Notes: a model not told the origin generated them from the letters alone. Counted from the stretch's first letter, positions 1 to 12,135 are shown. The stretch is 39,932 nucleotides of DNA from Octopus bimaculoides (GCF_001194135.2 NC_068981.1:162330447-162370378); one strand, 5' to 3'. Program-made: numbers and translations.

Positions 1-31
<31 letters not shown>
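1..31. repeat. (TA)n microsatellite
   Basis: Perfect AT dinucleotide run at window start. Confidence 0.95.
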
Positions 32-34
<3 letters not shown>

Positions 35-199
35 GTATGTATGTATTGGTATAGAAAATGTCAGTGAAAACCTGCAAGGTTGCTCAGTTAATTAATTTGC
101 TGTGATAACAAACACATTGCCTAGTTAGAGCTGTGACAGATTATTGGAAGAAATAATCACATCTCACTGTCATTTTGTATGTTATTCACACCCTCACTC

Positions 200-408
200 C
201 CTTCCTCCTCTTCCTCCGCTCCTTCTTCCTCCTCTTCATTATCATCATCACCATCATCTTCATCATCATCATTATCATCATCATCATCACAAACACCACG
301 ACCACCACCACCATCATTATCATCATAGTCGTCACCATCATCATCATCATCATCATCATCAGTGTTGCTGTTGTCATTGTCATCCTCATCACTGTCACCA
401 TCCTCGTT

Positions 409-454
<46 letters not shown>

Positions 455-620
455 CCGTCATCATAATAATAATAATAGTAATAACAGCAACAGCGATGAT
501 GATGAAGTTCATAATGATAATAATAATAAAAATAACAAAACAAGTAATAATAAAAATAATAATGATAGTATGGTTATCATTAATCTACATAATTGTGATA
601 GCAATAATTATCATCATCAT
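200..620. repeat. Compound trinucleotide microsatellite (CCT/CAT/CAC then AAT/AAC)
   Basis: Degenerate CAT and AAT arrays; explains the poly-His/Ile/Asp/Met ORFs at 144-749. Confidence 0.9.
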
Positions 621-817
621 TCTGATCTATCGACAACTCGGATTTGCATGAGACCTGATGACAGACAGACGTGCTACATATTTACATTAATTATAGGATT
701 TGTGTTGCTTTTCACAATCATTATTTCTTTGAAAGCTAATAATACTTGAGGGCGGCGGGGTCACTGCAATTATTATATACACACAAACACCATGATTATC
801 ATTGCAATAATCACACA

Positions 818-975
818 TGTGGCTGTGTGTTAAGAAGCTTGCTTCCCAACCATATGGTTCCGGGTTCAGTCCCACTGCATGACACCTTGGACAAGTGTCT
901 TCTATTATAGCCTCAGGCCGACCAGAGCCTTGTGAGTGGATTTTGTGGTTGGAAATGGAAACTGAAAGAGGCCTG

Positions 976-1006
<31 letters not shown>

Positions 1007-1238
1007 CTCTTTTACTCTTTTACTTGTTTCAGTCATTTGACTGCGGCCATGCTGGAGCACCGCCTTTAGTCGAGTAAATCAACCCCAGGACTTAATCTTT
1101 GTAAGCCTAGTACTTATTCTATCAATCTCATGTTGCTGAACTGCTAAGTTACAGGGACGTAAACACACCAACATCGATTGTCAAGCGATGTTGGGGGGAC
1201 AAACACAGACACACAAACATATACACACACATACACAT

Positions 1239-1271
<33 letters not shown>

Positions 1272-1701
1272 CGACGGGCTTCTTTCAGATTCCGTCTACC
1301 ATATCCACTCACAAGGCTTTGGTCAGCCCGGGGCTATAGTAGAAGACACTTGCCCAAGGTGCCACGCAGTGGGACTGAACCCAGAACCATGTGGTTGGTA
1401 AGCAAGCTACTTATCACATAGCTACTCCTGCACTATATATATATACATATATATATATATATGTAAATTTATGTGTCTGTGTTTTTGTGTCTGGGTTTGT
1501 CCCCCAACTATCACTTGACAACCAATGTTGGTGTGTTTACATCCCTGTAACCTAGCGATTCAGTAAAAGAGACCAATAAAATAAGTTCTAGGCATACAAA
1601 GAATAAGTGCTGGAGTCGATTTTTGCAACTAAAAGCCCTTTAAGGTTCTGCTCCAACATGGCCACAATCAAATGACTGAAACAAATAAAAGAATAAAAGA
1701 A
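818..1701 (+). mobile_element. tRNA-derived SINE family A, outer copy split by a nested insertion (head 818-~980, tail ~1433-1701)
   Basis: Head gtggctgtgtgttaagaagcttgct...ggttcagtccc (A/B-box-like) and tail ...gactgaaacaaataaaagaataaaaga match the reverse complement of the inner copy 1007-1431. Confidence 0.85.
1007..1431 (-). mobile_element. tRNA-derived SINE family A, full-length, nested antisense in the outer copy
   Basis: Complete head, internal (TA)/(TG) tract and AAAAGAGT-repeat tail; near-identical to copies at 21447 and 34115. Confidence 0.9.
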
Positions 1702-1739
1702 TATATACATATACATATATATAGGTTATGAGTGATAGT

Positions 1740-1990
1740 GGTGTCAATTAGACCCAAGGGTTTCAGGTAATGCTGAGTAAGTGCTATGGATAGACCATAG
1801 TTAAGCTCCAGGTTCGGTGATTATGCGAATAAGGGGTCCAACGCAGGTCATATATCAGCGTGTGAATATAAGGATTTACTTTTCATAATGAGATAAAAAA
1901 CCAAGGCTGTGTATATTTTAGAACATTTATGAATAAAATGTCTTACAGCTGTTTCCAGGATATTTATTATATCCCTTCATCAGAGATGGT
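1740..1990 (-). mobile_element. Probable Penelope-like element terminal-repeat remnant
   Basis: Carries a hammerhead-like core and the downstream motif agcacttac(t/c)cagc(at/g)tacct, also present at 13410-13429. Confidence 0.5.
1939..1987 (-). ncRNA. Minimal type-I hammerhead-ribozyme-like motif
   Basis: Minus strand reads TCT-CTGATGA-A-GGGATAT-aataa-ATATCCT-G-GAAAC-AGCT-GTA-AGA: intact CUGAUGA and GAAA boxes, 7-bp stem II, palindromic stem-III loop, GUA triplet, 3-bp stem I. Confidence 0.6.
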
Positions 1991-2312
1991 GCATCTATAG
2001 ACACGTACATGGAACCTTATGTGCGCACTTTTGAATGTGTGCGTGTGTGCAGGTATGTGCGTATATAGATGTATGCAAAAATATGCGCATATTAGACGCG
2101 TTTTAACCTTATAACTTTCTCACACTTTTTTCTGTATTTTACTTTTAGCCCTATAAATTTTTTTTGCTTGCATGTGTATGGGTGCGGAGTTGTTGTGTGC
2201 ATGTATGTGTGCGTGTGTAATAGATAACATACTGTACATTTAAACACAACAGAAGCTACCTTTAACAGGCAGCTTTACACACTAGAAGACGCAGTCAAAA
2301 TGACCAACACAT

Positions 2313-2354
2313 ATATATACGCATATATACATAGACATATATACACACACGCAA

Positions 2355-2388
<34 letters not shown>

Positions 2389-2392
2389 GTGT

Positions 2393-2435
<43 letters not shown>

Positions 2436-2545
2436 NNNNNNNNNNNNNNNNNNNNNNNNNNNNNNNNNNNNNNNNNNNNNNNNNNNNNNNNNNNNNNNNN
2501 NNNNNNNNNNNNNNNNNNNNNNNNNNNNNNNNNNNNNNNNNNNNN

Positions 2546-2608
<63 letters not shown>
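2313..2608. repeat. (TA)n and (GATA)n microsatellites spanning an N gap
   Basis: Direct reading. Confidence 0.9.
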
Positions 2609-2609
<1 letters not shown>

Positions 2610-3044
2610 TGAAATGAAAGGCAAGAAAGTATGAAAATGAAAAGATGAAACGAAATGAAAGAAAATTATGAGAGGTAATGTAGAAGAGTAATAAATGCAA
2701 GAAATGGAAAGCTGGGGGGTTGCAGAGAAAAAGAAAGAGTAAGAAAGAGAAAGAAAGGGAAAGAAAGCGAAAGAGAAAACTTCGAAAATGGAGAAAAGAT
2801 GACGTTTGTTCATTTTACATGACTTACACATTAAGGAAATATTGAAGAAATATTGAAGAAGAGAAATATAGACAATAATTCATCTAATGGACATGTCTTG
2901 TTGATAAAAGGAACAGGAAACAGCCATCTTACAATTATCAATTTCTCACATTGAGGAGATACAGGCTCCTTAGACTGCAGTATAAGCAGTCTGTCAAGGA
3001 GAATAGTGATTAATCTGTGTGTGTGTGTGTGGGGGGGGGGTGAG

Positions 3045-3087
<43 letters not shown>

Positions 3088-3124
3088 GTTCCAGAAGTTT
3101 AGAGACATTTTTTTCAAGGGACAT

Positions 3125-3490
3125 TTATTACTTTCAAAGAAGTACAAGACTCTAATCACCTTCAAAGTAAGACCCTCTGACTTCAATGCATTTGTTGCAG
3201 CACTCCAGCCATTTCATGAAGGCCCTATGGAAGACCTCCAGAGTGTAAGTGTTCATGGCTCTTGTCACAGGTGCCCTACTGTCACAGACATCCAGGACTC
3301 TCCTTTAATCTTCTCCTGCAGTTTGTAGAACAACCAATAGCCACAGGAAACAAGGTCCGAATTGTAAAGAGGGGGAGAGACAGTTTTGATGCCCATCTCT
3401 GTCAAATTGTTTATTACTCAGATGAAATTGTGAACTGGTGCATTACCAAGGCACAAATGCTCTGGACTTCGGTGATGAAATCTCTTTACT
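3125..3490 (-). mobile_element. Degenerate mariner (DD34D-type) transposase 3' fragment
   Basis: Minus-strand translation GNAPVHNFI*VINNLTEMGIKTVSPPLYNSDLVSCGYWLFYKL matches mariner DNAPxH...PYSPDLAPCDYWLF with 34-residue spacing (both Asp now Gly); C-terminal ...YFEGD-like end near 3160. Confidence 0.75.
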
Positions 3491-3570
3491 GAAGTTTCAG
3501 GATTTGTACCTTTTGTAGAAAGGTATTTTTACTCTTTACAGAAATTGAATATATCAGTCTCATCTATATA

Positions 3571-3887
3571 GGACCCTATTCGGTCATGAATGACCATGGG
3601 ATTGCACCTAGAAAATTCCTCTCCAAAGCACAAATCCAGTCAAGGTTATTTGTGGAAAACCAGTAGTCACCCATGCATACCAGCCTCCCCTCTCCAATGT
3701 CATCCAAGGCAAAGCCCAATACAGCTTGGCACCAGTGACGTCGCAACTCATTTCTACAGCTGAGTGAACTGGAGCAACACAAAATAAAGAGTCTCACTCA
3801 AGAACACAACACACAGCCCAGTCCAGGAATTGAACTCACTGCCTCATGATTGTGAGCCCGATGCTCTAACCACCGAGTCACATGCCT
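3571..3887 (-). mobile_element. tRNA-derived SINE family B (tail type B1)
   Basis: Sense strand has A box tggttagagcatcgg, B box gagttcaattcc, central ctccagttcactcagctgtagaaatgag and tail ...catgaccgaatagggtcc; homologous to 16190, 17291, 36729. Confidence 0.85.
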
Positions 3888-5469
3888 ATACACACAGTGT
3901 ATTGGTAGGCAAGTGAAGTTAAAGGATACTGCATCAATGCCTTTCCACATGTCTTGTTGATAAAAGATAGACTGGCAGTGATCTCAGAACTATTGATCTC
4001 ACTTCATAAGAACAAATATTTGAGAAGGCTAGTGCAGAAGTGGACTTCAGTGTTGTGACATTATTACTTTTCTAGCTACCGTCTTACTTTAATGGAAGAC
4101 CATAACCAAATAACAGGCTTAATCAACTGAGTCTTTAATTAAAACTCAGAGTAACAAACTATTAATTTTGTTTTTATTAACTAATTAAGCTCAATGTTGC
4201 AAATCTATAAACAAGTGCAATGACATATTAAAGTATTCCTGTCTTCTTCATGCATCAGCTCTTTTTCATTCTCACTATCTCTTTCTTTCTTTCTTTCTCA
4301 GACATGCAATAGCTTATATTCTCTCTCACACAAACACATGTATATGTCGTTGTCATGTATTTCTCTCTCTTCCGTTCACAGCAACACACACACATGCTCC
4401 ATACACATACATTCTCTTTGTCTCTCTCTCTCTTGTTCTCTCTCTCTCTCTCTCTCTCTCTCTNNNNNNNNNNNNNNNNNNNNNNNNNNNNNNNNNNNNN
4501 NNNNNNNNNNNNNNNNNNNNNNNNNNNNNNNNNNNNNNNNNNNNNNNNNNNNNNNNNNNNNNNNNNNNNNNNNNNNNNNNNNNNNNNNNNNNNNNNNNNN
4601 NNNNNNNNNNNNNNNNNNNNNNNNNNNNNNNNNNNNNNNNNNNNNNNNNNNNNNNNNNNNNNNNNNNNNNNNNNNNNNNNNNNNNNNNNNNNNNNNNNNN
4701 NNNNNNNNNNNNNNNNNNNNNNNNNNNNNNNNNNNNNNNNNNNNNNNNNNNNNNNNNNNNNNNNNNNNNNNNNNNNNNNNNNNNNNNNNNNNNNNNNNNN
4801 NNNNNNNNNNNNNNNNNNNNNNNNNNNNNNNNNNNNNNNNNNNNNNNNNNNNNNNNNNNNNNNNNNNNNNNNNNATATATATATATATATAAATACATGT
4901 ACATGATGTGTGCGTGTGTATAGATTGATAGATATGCACACATATATAATTACAGTGATAATGAGGCCAGATTAGTTACAAAGAATGATCAGTTGCACAA
5001 ATTTTGGATATTAAAGATGAAGAAAGGTATACTAAATATCATACAAGAAGATAGACTCTTGATTTATTAAACCTATGTCCACATCAAGAGAAAGTAAACA
5101 CCCACTCAGCACCAATTGCCATTGACTCTGAATAAGGAAGGGAGATAATCTTGAGAACTTAATTCTTCTGAATTAACATGCCATTAAGAGAATAGCAATT
5201 TTTTTTTCTAAAAGTTAGAGGAGAGTTGTGAACATGTGTTTCTGCCTCAATAGGCATTATCAACACAGCATTGTGTTATCTTGCTTCCAGCAGAATAGTC
5301 ATAGACTTAAGGAGTCCACTTTGGAAACCTGTGGCTCGAGTTTTAATCCTACCACACAGCTCAATGGAAAAGTGCCAGTTACTTGTAGTCTCAATTTGAT
5401 TTGTAGTCTTGATAGAATTTGTTAGTTGGAAACTGTATAGAAGCCTCCTACACCCCATATATGTATAAT

Positions 5470-5762
5470 TTTCCTCGTCTGGCCGTAAAGCCTTTTCTGT
5501 TTGTTTTCCTGTCTTGTTTTTTGTCCGCCACTACATTCCTCCATGGCTAGATTTAATTTGCGTATACAACTTTAATCTGCGATCCATGGGACGAGCCGTT
5601 TTAGCGATGCATCCTGCCCAAGCTCGTCGAAACGCCGGTGTTAAAACGTGGGTGGCTGATGAAGGAGATGTTCTCTATGTGGCTCGTGTGTTCTCGTCTA
5701 CGTTTGTTTGCAATGTCCTGTACCCAGATATGCACCTATACATACAGGTGGATGTCGGTATG
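5470..5762. mobile_element. CpG-rich repeat fragment, possibly Penelope-related
   Basis: Many intact CpGs against an AT-rich background; contains a GACGAGC/GCTCGTC stem, GAAAC and CTGATGA; cut by a gap. Confidence 0.3.
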
Positions 5763-6629
5763 NNNNNNNNNNNNNNNNNNNNNNNNNNNNNNNNNNNNNN
5801 NNNNNNNNNNNNNNNNNNNNNNNNNNNNNNNNNNNNNNNNNNNNNNNNNNNNNNNNNNNNNNNNNNNNNNNNNNNNNNNNNNNNNNNNNNNNNNNNNNNN
5901 NNNNNNNNNNNNNNNNNNNNNNNNNNNNNNNNNNNNNNNNNNNNNNNNNNNNNNNNNNNNNNNNNNNNNNNNNNNNNNNNNNNNNNNNNNNNNNNNNNNN
6001 NNNNNNNNNNNNNNNNNNNNNNNNNNNNNNNNNNNNNNNNNNNNNNNNNNNNNNNNNNNNNNNNNNNNNNNNNNNNNNNNNNNNNNNNNNNNNNNNNNNN
6101 NNNNNNNNNNNNNNNNNNNNNNNNNNNNNNNNNNNNNNNNNNNNNNNNNNNNNNNNNNNNNNNNNNNNNNNNNNNNNNNNNNNNNNNNNNNNNNNNNNNN
6201 NNNNNNNNNNNNNNNNNNNNNNNNNNNNNNNNNNNNNNNNNNNNNNNNNNNNNNNNNNNNNNNNNNNNNNNNNNNNNNNNNNNNNNNNNNNNNNNNNNNN
6301 NNNNNNNNNNNNNNNNNNNNNNNNNNNNNNNNNNNNNNNNNNNNNNNNNNNNNNNNNNNNNNNNNNNNNNNNNNNNNNNNNNNNNNNNNNNNNNNNNNNN
6401 NNNNNNNNNNNNNNNNNNNNNNNNNNNNNNNNNNNNNNNNNNNNNNNNNNNNNNNNNNNNNNNNNNNNNNNNNNNNNNNNNNNNNNNNNNNNNNNNNNNN
6501 NNNNNNNNNNNNNNNNNNNNNNNNNNNNNNNNNNNNNNNNNNNNNNNNNNNNNNNNNNNNNNNNNNNNNNNNNNNNNNNNNNNNNNNNNNNNNNNNNNNN
6601 NNNNNNNNNNNNNNNNNNNNNNNNNNNNN

Positions 6630-6731
<102 letters not shown>

Positions 6732-8555
6732 CATACGTAGGGGACTCTAAATAGAATAGAGGTAGTACCTTTGCTGTTTGGCAGCTGCATCTTGCAAGGA
6801 AGGGTCAAATGGACAGGCATCACTGGTCATCAATGAACTCTTAATCTCTCACTTAATGGGACACCTAGTTCCCTACTTCAGCTCTGAGTTAAACCAAGTG
6901 AGGGGATGGTGTTAACACTGCACCAGTAAACAAGAGACCTCTGGTAAAGCTTCCCAAGGAATCATCAGCTAGGGCAAAAAAACCTGCTCAGGTCAACAGC
7001 CTAGTGTTTGGGACCAAGGCATGTTTCAGGTAGAGGTGTACGGTTGTGGTTAACCACTAACTTACCCATGATGCATTCATGCTGGTAACAAGCAGACTAG
7101 AACCCATACAAGATCATTCATCACTCAGGTTAACATAAAAGAGTGGACAGGTTTCAATTTCACTGACTCACAAAGGGCAGCAACAGACCAAAGAGAAGTG
7201 ATGAAATCTGATTGTGAAATCATCAACAAATGCCCCAACAACTACAAAGTCAAGGGACTAGAAGGAAGGAAGGAGATATATATATGCATATATATATNNN
7301 NNNNNNNNNNNNNNNNNNNNNNNNNNNNNNNNNNNNNNNNNNNNNNNNNNNNNNNNNNNNNNNNNNNNNNNNNNNNNNNNNNNNNNNNNNNNNNNNNNNN
7401 NNNNNNNNNNNNNNNNNNNNNNNNNNNNNNNNNNNNNNNNNNNNNNNNNNNNNNNNNNNNNNNNNNNNNNNNNNNNNNNNNNNNNNNNNNNNNNNNNNNN
7501 NNNNTGTGTGTGTGTGTGTTAAAATTTCCACTTATTTTTATTTTCCTAAAATTTTCGTTGCATCTTGCAACCTTTTCAATAGTCTTGACTCTGTCCATTA
7601 TTCACGTTGCGTTCTGTTTTTGCTTTACTTTTTTTGTTTTGCGCATGCGTGTGTCTCAGTGTGTGTGTATGTATGTATGCGTGTATGTGTGCATGTGTGT
7701 GTATGTATGTCTGTGTGTGTGCATATGTATACATGTATGTATGTGTGTGTATGTATATATGCATGTATGTGTTTGCATGTATGTATGTATGTATTCTGCA
7801 TTTGTGTGTGTGTTTTTTTTATGTATGTGTGTGTGTGCACATACACACACACATACATAAAAAAAAAATTTTTTAATTAAAAAATTTTTTTTTTTAATTT
7901 AAAAAAATTAAAAAAAACATTTCGGGGGTATTTTGCTCTTTCATCAGCACCCGTTTAACCCATTTAACCCATTTATCATATTCGAACACATTGCTTGAAT
8001 AGCTACTATATATAGCAGTGTATAGTTATTAGATATATCAATTTACATATTAAACACATTCCTGGAAGCTGGTACATAAGTGCTAATGACTTATAAGTAG
8101 ATGGTATTTCATTATCCAATCATAATATACTATAAAGTATATTAAATGTTTTATGAGTCTTATAAAAACGTCTAATATTTTTTATAGGTTGCATAACGAA
8201 ATATCACACACCTACAAGTCATTAGTATTAACAAGGTCATAATACTGATAATTATTATTGGGAATCTTGAAAACAGTGACAAAAAAATCTGAGAATAAAA
8301 CCTGTAAAGCTTCATCTCAACCTGGGATCAATGCAGTGCAAAAAACAATGTTTGTTAGATTCAGGAAGAATAATCTGTTAAGTACTCAAAACAAAGTGAA
8401 AAACAGATATGAAGAGTAAGGAAAAAAAATTGGTGTAAAAGAAGGAATGAAATATTTTTCATCTCAGAACACAAGATGCAATTTGACAGGAAACAATTAA
8501 ACCAGAGAAAGCAACAATTCAATGTATAAACATAAGAATGTAATATATCACACAC

Positions 8556-8815
8556 TGTGGAAGCGCGTGGCTTAGTGGTTAGGGTGTCAGCATCATGATC
8601 GTAAGATTGTGGTTTTGAATCCTGGACTGGGCGATACGTTGTGTTCTTGAGCAAAACACTTAATTTCACGTTGCTCCAGTCCACTCAGCTGGCAAAAATG
8701 AATAACGCTGCGATGGACTGGTGTCCCGTCCAGCTGGGGAACACATACGCTATTGAAACTGGGAAACCGAGCCCCTGAGCCTGGCTAGGCTTTAAAAGGG
8801 CACATTTATTTTATT
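8556..8815 (+). mobile_element. tRNA-derived SINE family B (tail type B2) with 15-bp target-site duplication
   Basis: Head gcgcgtggcttagtggttagggtgtc, tail ...ggctaggctttaaaagggcacatttattttatt; TAATATATCACACAC repeated at 8541-8555 and 8816-8830. Confidence 0.9.
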
Positions 8816-8920
8816 TAATATATCACACACATCTCAAGAACATGGAGATGCACCAGGTGAAACTACCAAAGAAAACCTCATAATAATAACAACAACAACA
8901 ACAACAATAATAATAATAAT

Positions 8921-9110
8921 AATCCTTTCTACTAAAGGTGGGAGAGGACTAGTCAATTACATCAACTGCAATGATCAACTGGTACTTAATTTATTGACCC
9001 TGAAAGGATGAAAGGCAAAGCGGAATTTGAACTCAGAACGTACAAATGGACAAAATGCCACAAAGAATTTTGCTTGGTATGCTAATTATTTTGCCAGTTC
9101 ATTGCTTTAA
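8921..9110 (-). mobile_element. SINE family C (ctttcatcctttc..gtcgataaaataagtaccag central domain, (ATT)n tail)
   Basis: Homologous to 10315-10530; embedded in an (AAT)n array. Confidence 0.75.
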
Positions 9111-9164
9111 TAGTAATGATGACCAAGGTGGTGGTGGTGGTGGTGGTGATGATGATAAAGCAAC

Positions 9165-10314
9165 AAGAGGAATATAAAGGAAATTGGAATAGAGTGCCTA
9201 GTAGAACTGTTACAAAATGTTTGCCTCCTTGACAGAGCCAAGGGGGCAAAAGAAAGAGTGTGGTGTGTTAGTCTTGAAGAGAGGCAAAATCAAATGAATG
9301 GGCGGGCTAGCAATACTGTTGGGGGAGGTTATGAAGCAGATAGAAGAGACGGGCTATAAGTACTTGGGGATTTTGGAAATTGATAAATTGATGGAGAAAG
9401 AAATGACAGAAAAATTTAAGGTGGAGTACGTGTGCAAACTGAGACTGATCCTTAAGTTGAAATTAAATGGACAGAATAAGTTTGAAGCTATCAACACCTG
9501 GGAGGTTTCACTCTTTAGATATGGAGCATGGACAGTAGATAAACTAAACTGGAGCATGGACAGTAGATAAACTGGAGCATGGACAGTAGATAAACTAAAC
9601 TGCTTAGACAGAAGTACAAGATAAACTAAACTGCTTAGACAGAAGTACAAGAAAGTTGCTGACTAGATATGGGATACTCCACCCCAAAAGTGATACAGAC
9701 AGACTGTATGTACCAAGAAAAAGAGAGGGAAGAGGACTGATTGGATGTGAACACAGCATTAGAGCAGAAGAAAACAACATAGTATGGTATGTAGAAAATG
9801 CCACAGAACCACTATCATTGGAATTAAGAAGGTCAGGCTTGTGTAGGATGGAAGATTGCAAAGATAAAACACTGTACAAGGATTTGAGAATGAATGAAAC
9901 TGAAAATAGGTGCATAAAGAAAAGAAGCATGGACAATTTTATTGGGATGTTGAAAATAAGAGAGACAGAGACTAAAAGTGATTTATAACCGGAAATGGAG
10001 GCTCTAATCTGTGCTGCCCAAGAGCAAGCATTAAGAACCAATTACATCAAATACAGAATAGACAACATATCAGAAAGTGATAAGTGCAGAATTTGTGGAC
10101 AAAATAGTGAAACTGTATGGCATATTACCAGTCAATGTAGGCCACTAGCCCAGAAAGAATATAAGAGATGCCATGACAATATTGCAAGAACAATGAACAA
10201 TTGAAAAATAAGGGGTGTTAGCTTAGTTCACTGGTAGTGAACAGCTGACACTGTAGTACATCTCCAGTGGTAGAAGCTGTGCAAAGGCAATAAAATAGTA
10301 ATAATAATAATAAT
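9165..10314 (+). mobile_element. Truncated, rearranged R4/Dong-like (RLE-type) non-LTR retrotransposon
   Basis: RT C-terminal YKYLGI, LHPKSDTDRLYVPRKREGRGLI, ICAAQEQALRTN and the CCHC knuckle CRICGQNSETVWHITSQC..LAQKEYKRCHD; frameshifts and stops; ends in a (TAA)n tail at ~10296-10314. Confidence 0.8.
9523..9652 (+). repeat. Short tandem duplications inside the LINE RT (28/23/28-bp units, then 31/20-bp units)
   Basis: ggagcatggacagtagataaact(aaact) x3, then gcttagacagaagtacaaga x2. Confidence 0.9.
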
Positions 10315-10530
10315 GGTTTCAAATTTTGCTACATGGGCAGCAATTTTTGGTGGGAGGGGATGAGTCGATTACATCAACCCCAGTGTTTAACTGGTACTTA
10401 TTTTATCGACGCTGAAAGGATGAAAGGCAAAGTTGACCTGGGCAGAATTTGAATTCAGAAAGTAGCGATAGGCAAAATACCGCTAAGCATTTCGTCCTGC
10501 ATGCTGATGATTCTGCCAGCTCGCTACCTT
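10315..10530 (-). mobile_element. SINE family C
   Basis: Sense head aaggtagcgagctggcagaatc, B-box-like ctgaattcaaattc, central domain as at 8921; tail-to-tail with the LINE. Confidence 0.8.
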
Positions 10531-10975
<445 letters not shown>

Positions 10976-11664
10976 TTTATATATTTATTTATTTGCCATG
11001 AATAAATCAATATCATGAAATGATTGATAAATAATTTGTTTCAACATTAATTTCTCTCCTTCTACCATTAACCCTCTGGCCATTGTTTGTTTGTTGACAT
11101 AAATTTCCTCATTATTTTCTTTATATTCCAAAGTAATATTCCTCACCAGTAATTTTCCATTGTGATCATCACCTTCCCTATTGGGTCAGCAAATAGATAT
11201 TGTGTATGGTGGCACTGATTTCCTCTGATTAATCTTCTCTCATTATCAATGATCTTTACTGCAAGATGCAGTTTTAAGGCTTTTGCATACATATCATACA
11301 TGCAAGCATATACACATACATACATAAATGTGAGCGTGTGTACATCTATATATACATACATATATATACACATATATATATATACAGACACACATACATG
11401 TGTGTGTGTAATATACATAAGTATGGTAATGCAAACAGAAAAATAGAACTGAAGACATGAGCATGTATGTTCTTTTATGATTGATAAACCAGTTTTATGA
11501 GTTTGATAGGTGCCAGTGCACAAAACTCTTACTCCTAGAGCCTTTCAATAACTTGATGATGATGATGATGATGATGATATATCTACATACACACACACGC
11601 ACACACACACACACACATGCGCACACACACACACACGCACACACACACACACATATATAGATCC

Positions 11665-11883
11665 TGGGCTGGTGGCACATAAAAAGCACCATTCAAGCAT
11701 GGTCGATGCCAGTGCTGCTGCCTGACTGGCCCCCATGCCAGTGAAACATAAAATGCAACCACTACACTCTCAGAATGGTTGGCGTTAGGAAGGGTATCCA
11801 GCTGTAGAAACCTTGCCAGATCAGATTGGAGTTTGGTGCAGCTTCAGTCAAACCGTCTAACCCATGCCAGCATGGAAAGCGGA
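11665..11883 (+). mobile_element. SINE-like family D, partial
   Basis: cactacactctcagaatggttggcgttaggaagggtatccagctgtagaaac...catgccagcatggaaagcgga matches the 12136 and 12351 copies. Confidence 0.75.
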
Positions 11884-12086
11884 AAAAGACCATCCAGAAG
11901 AGTTGCAGGAGATTCTGAATTCGTCTGGTGGCCATGGTTGAAGCCAATGGTGATTTTATTGAATAAATTTACTCTTTAGTATTTCAAGATATTTTTATGG
12001 AATTTTGGTAAATATATCTGTTAAAATAAGATGTTAGTGTTATTTTCACTTTTGCATAATTTAGACAATTTATTCATTGCACCCTG
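11882..12086 (+). mobile_element. maT-like Tc1/mariner 3' end with right TIR
   Basis: Encodes KKTIQKSCRRF*IRLVAMVEANGDFIE*; ends ...cattgcaccctg|TA, like the ends at 23078 and 31376. Confidence 0.7.
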
Positions 12087-12135
12087 TATATATACATGCA
12101 TATATCATCACTGCCAAATGTTAATTTTTCCATTT

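Noticed and set aside
144-749. Long poly-His/Ile/Asp/Met ORFs (also 10403-11016, 14371-15646)
   Set aside because: Translations of tri- and tetranucleotide microsatellites that lack stop codons in several frames.
818-900. tRNA genes at SINE heads
   Set aside because: A/B boxes are present but continue into SINE bodies; no complete cloverleaf is supported.
2891-3966. Identical 20-mer acatgtcttgttgataaaag at 2891 and 3947
   Set aside because: Same orientation with diverged flanks; most simply two decayed copies of one unidentified repeat.
7915-7950. Minus-strand CTGATGA-17 nt-GAAA hammerhead-like spacing
   Set aside because: Stem II pairs poorly, there is no stem III or NUH, and the adjacent 7860-7915 looks like low-quality A/T homopolymer sequence.
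9523-9652. CRISPR-like repeat array
   Set aside because: No unique spacers, eukaryotic context, and it lies inside a LINE ORF.
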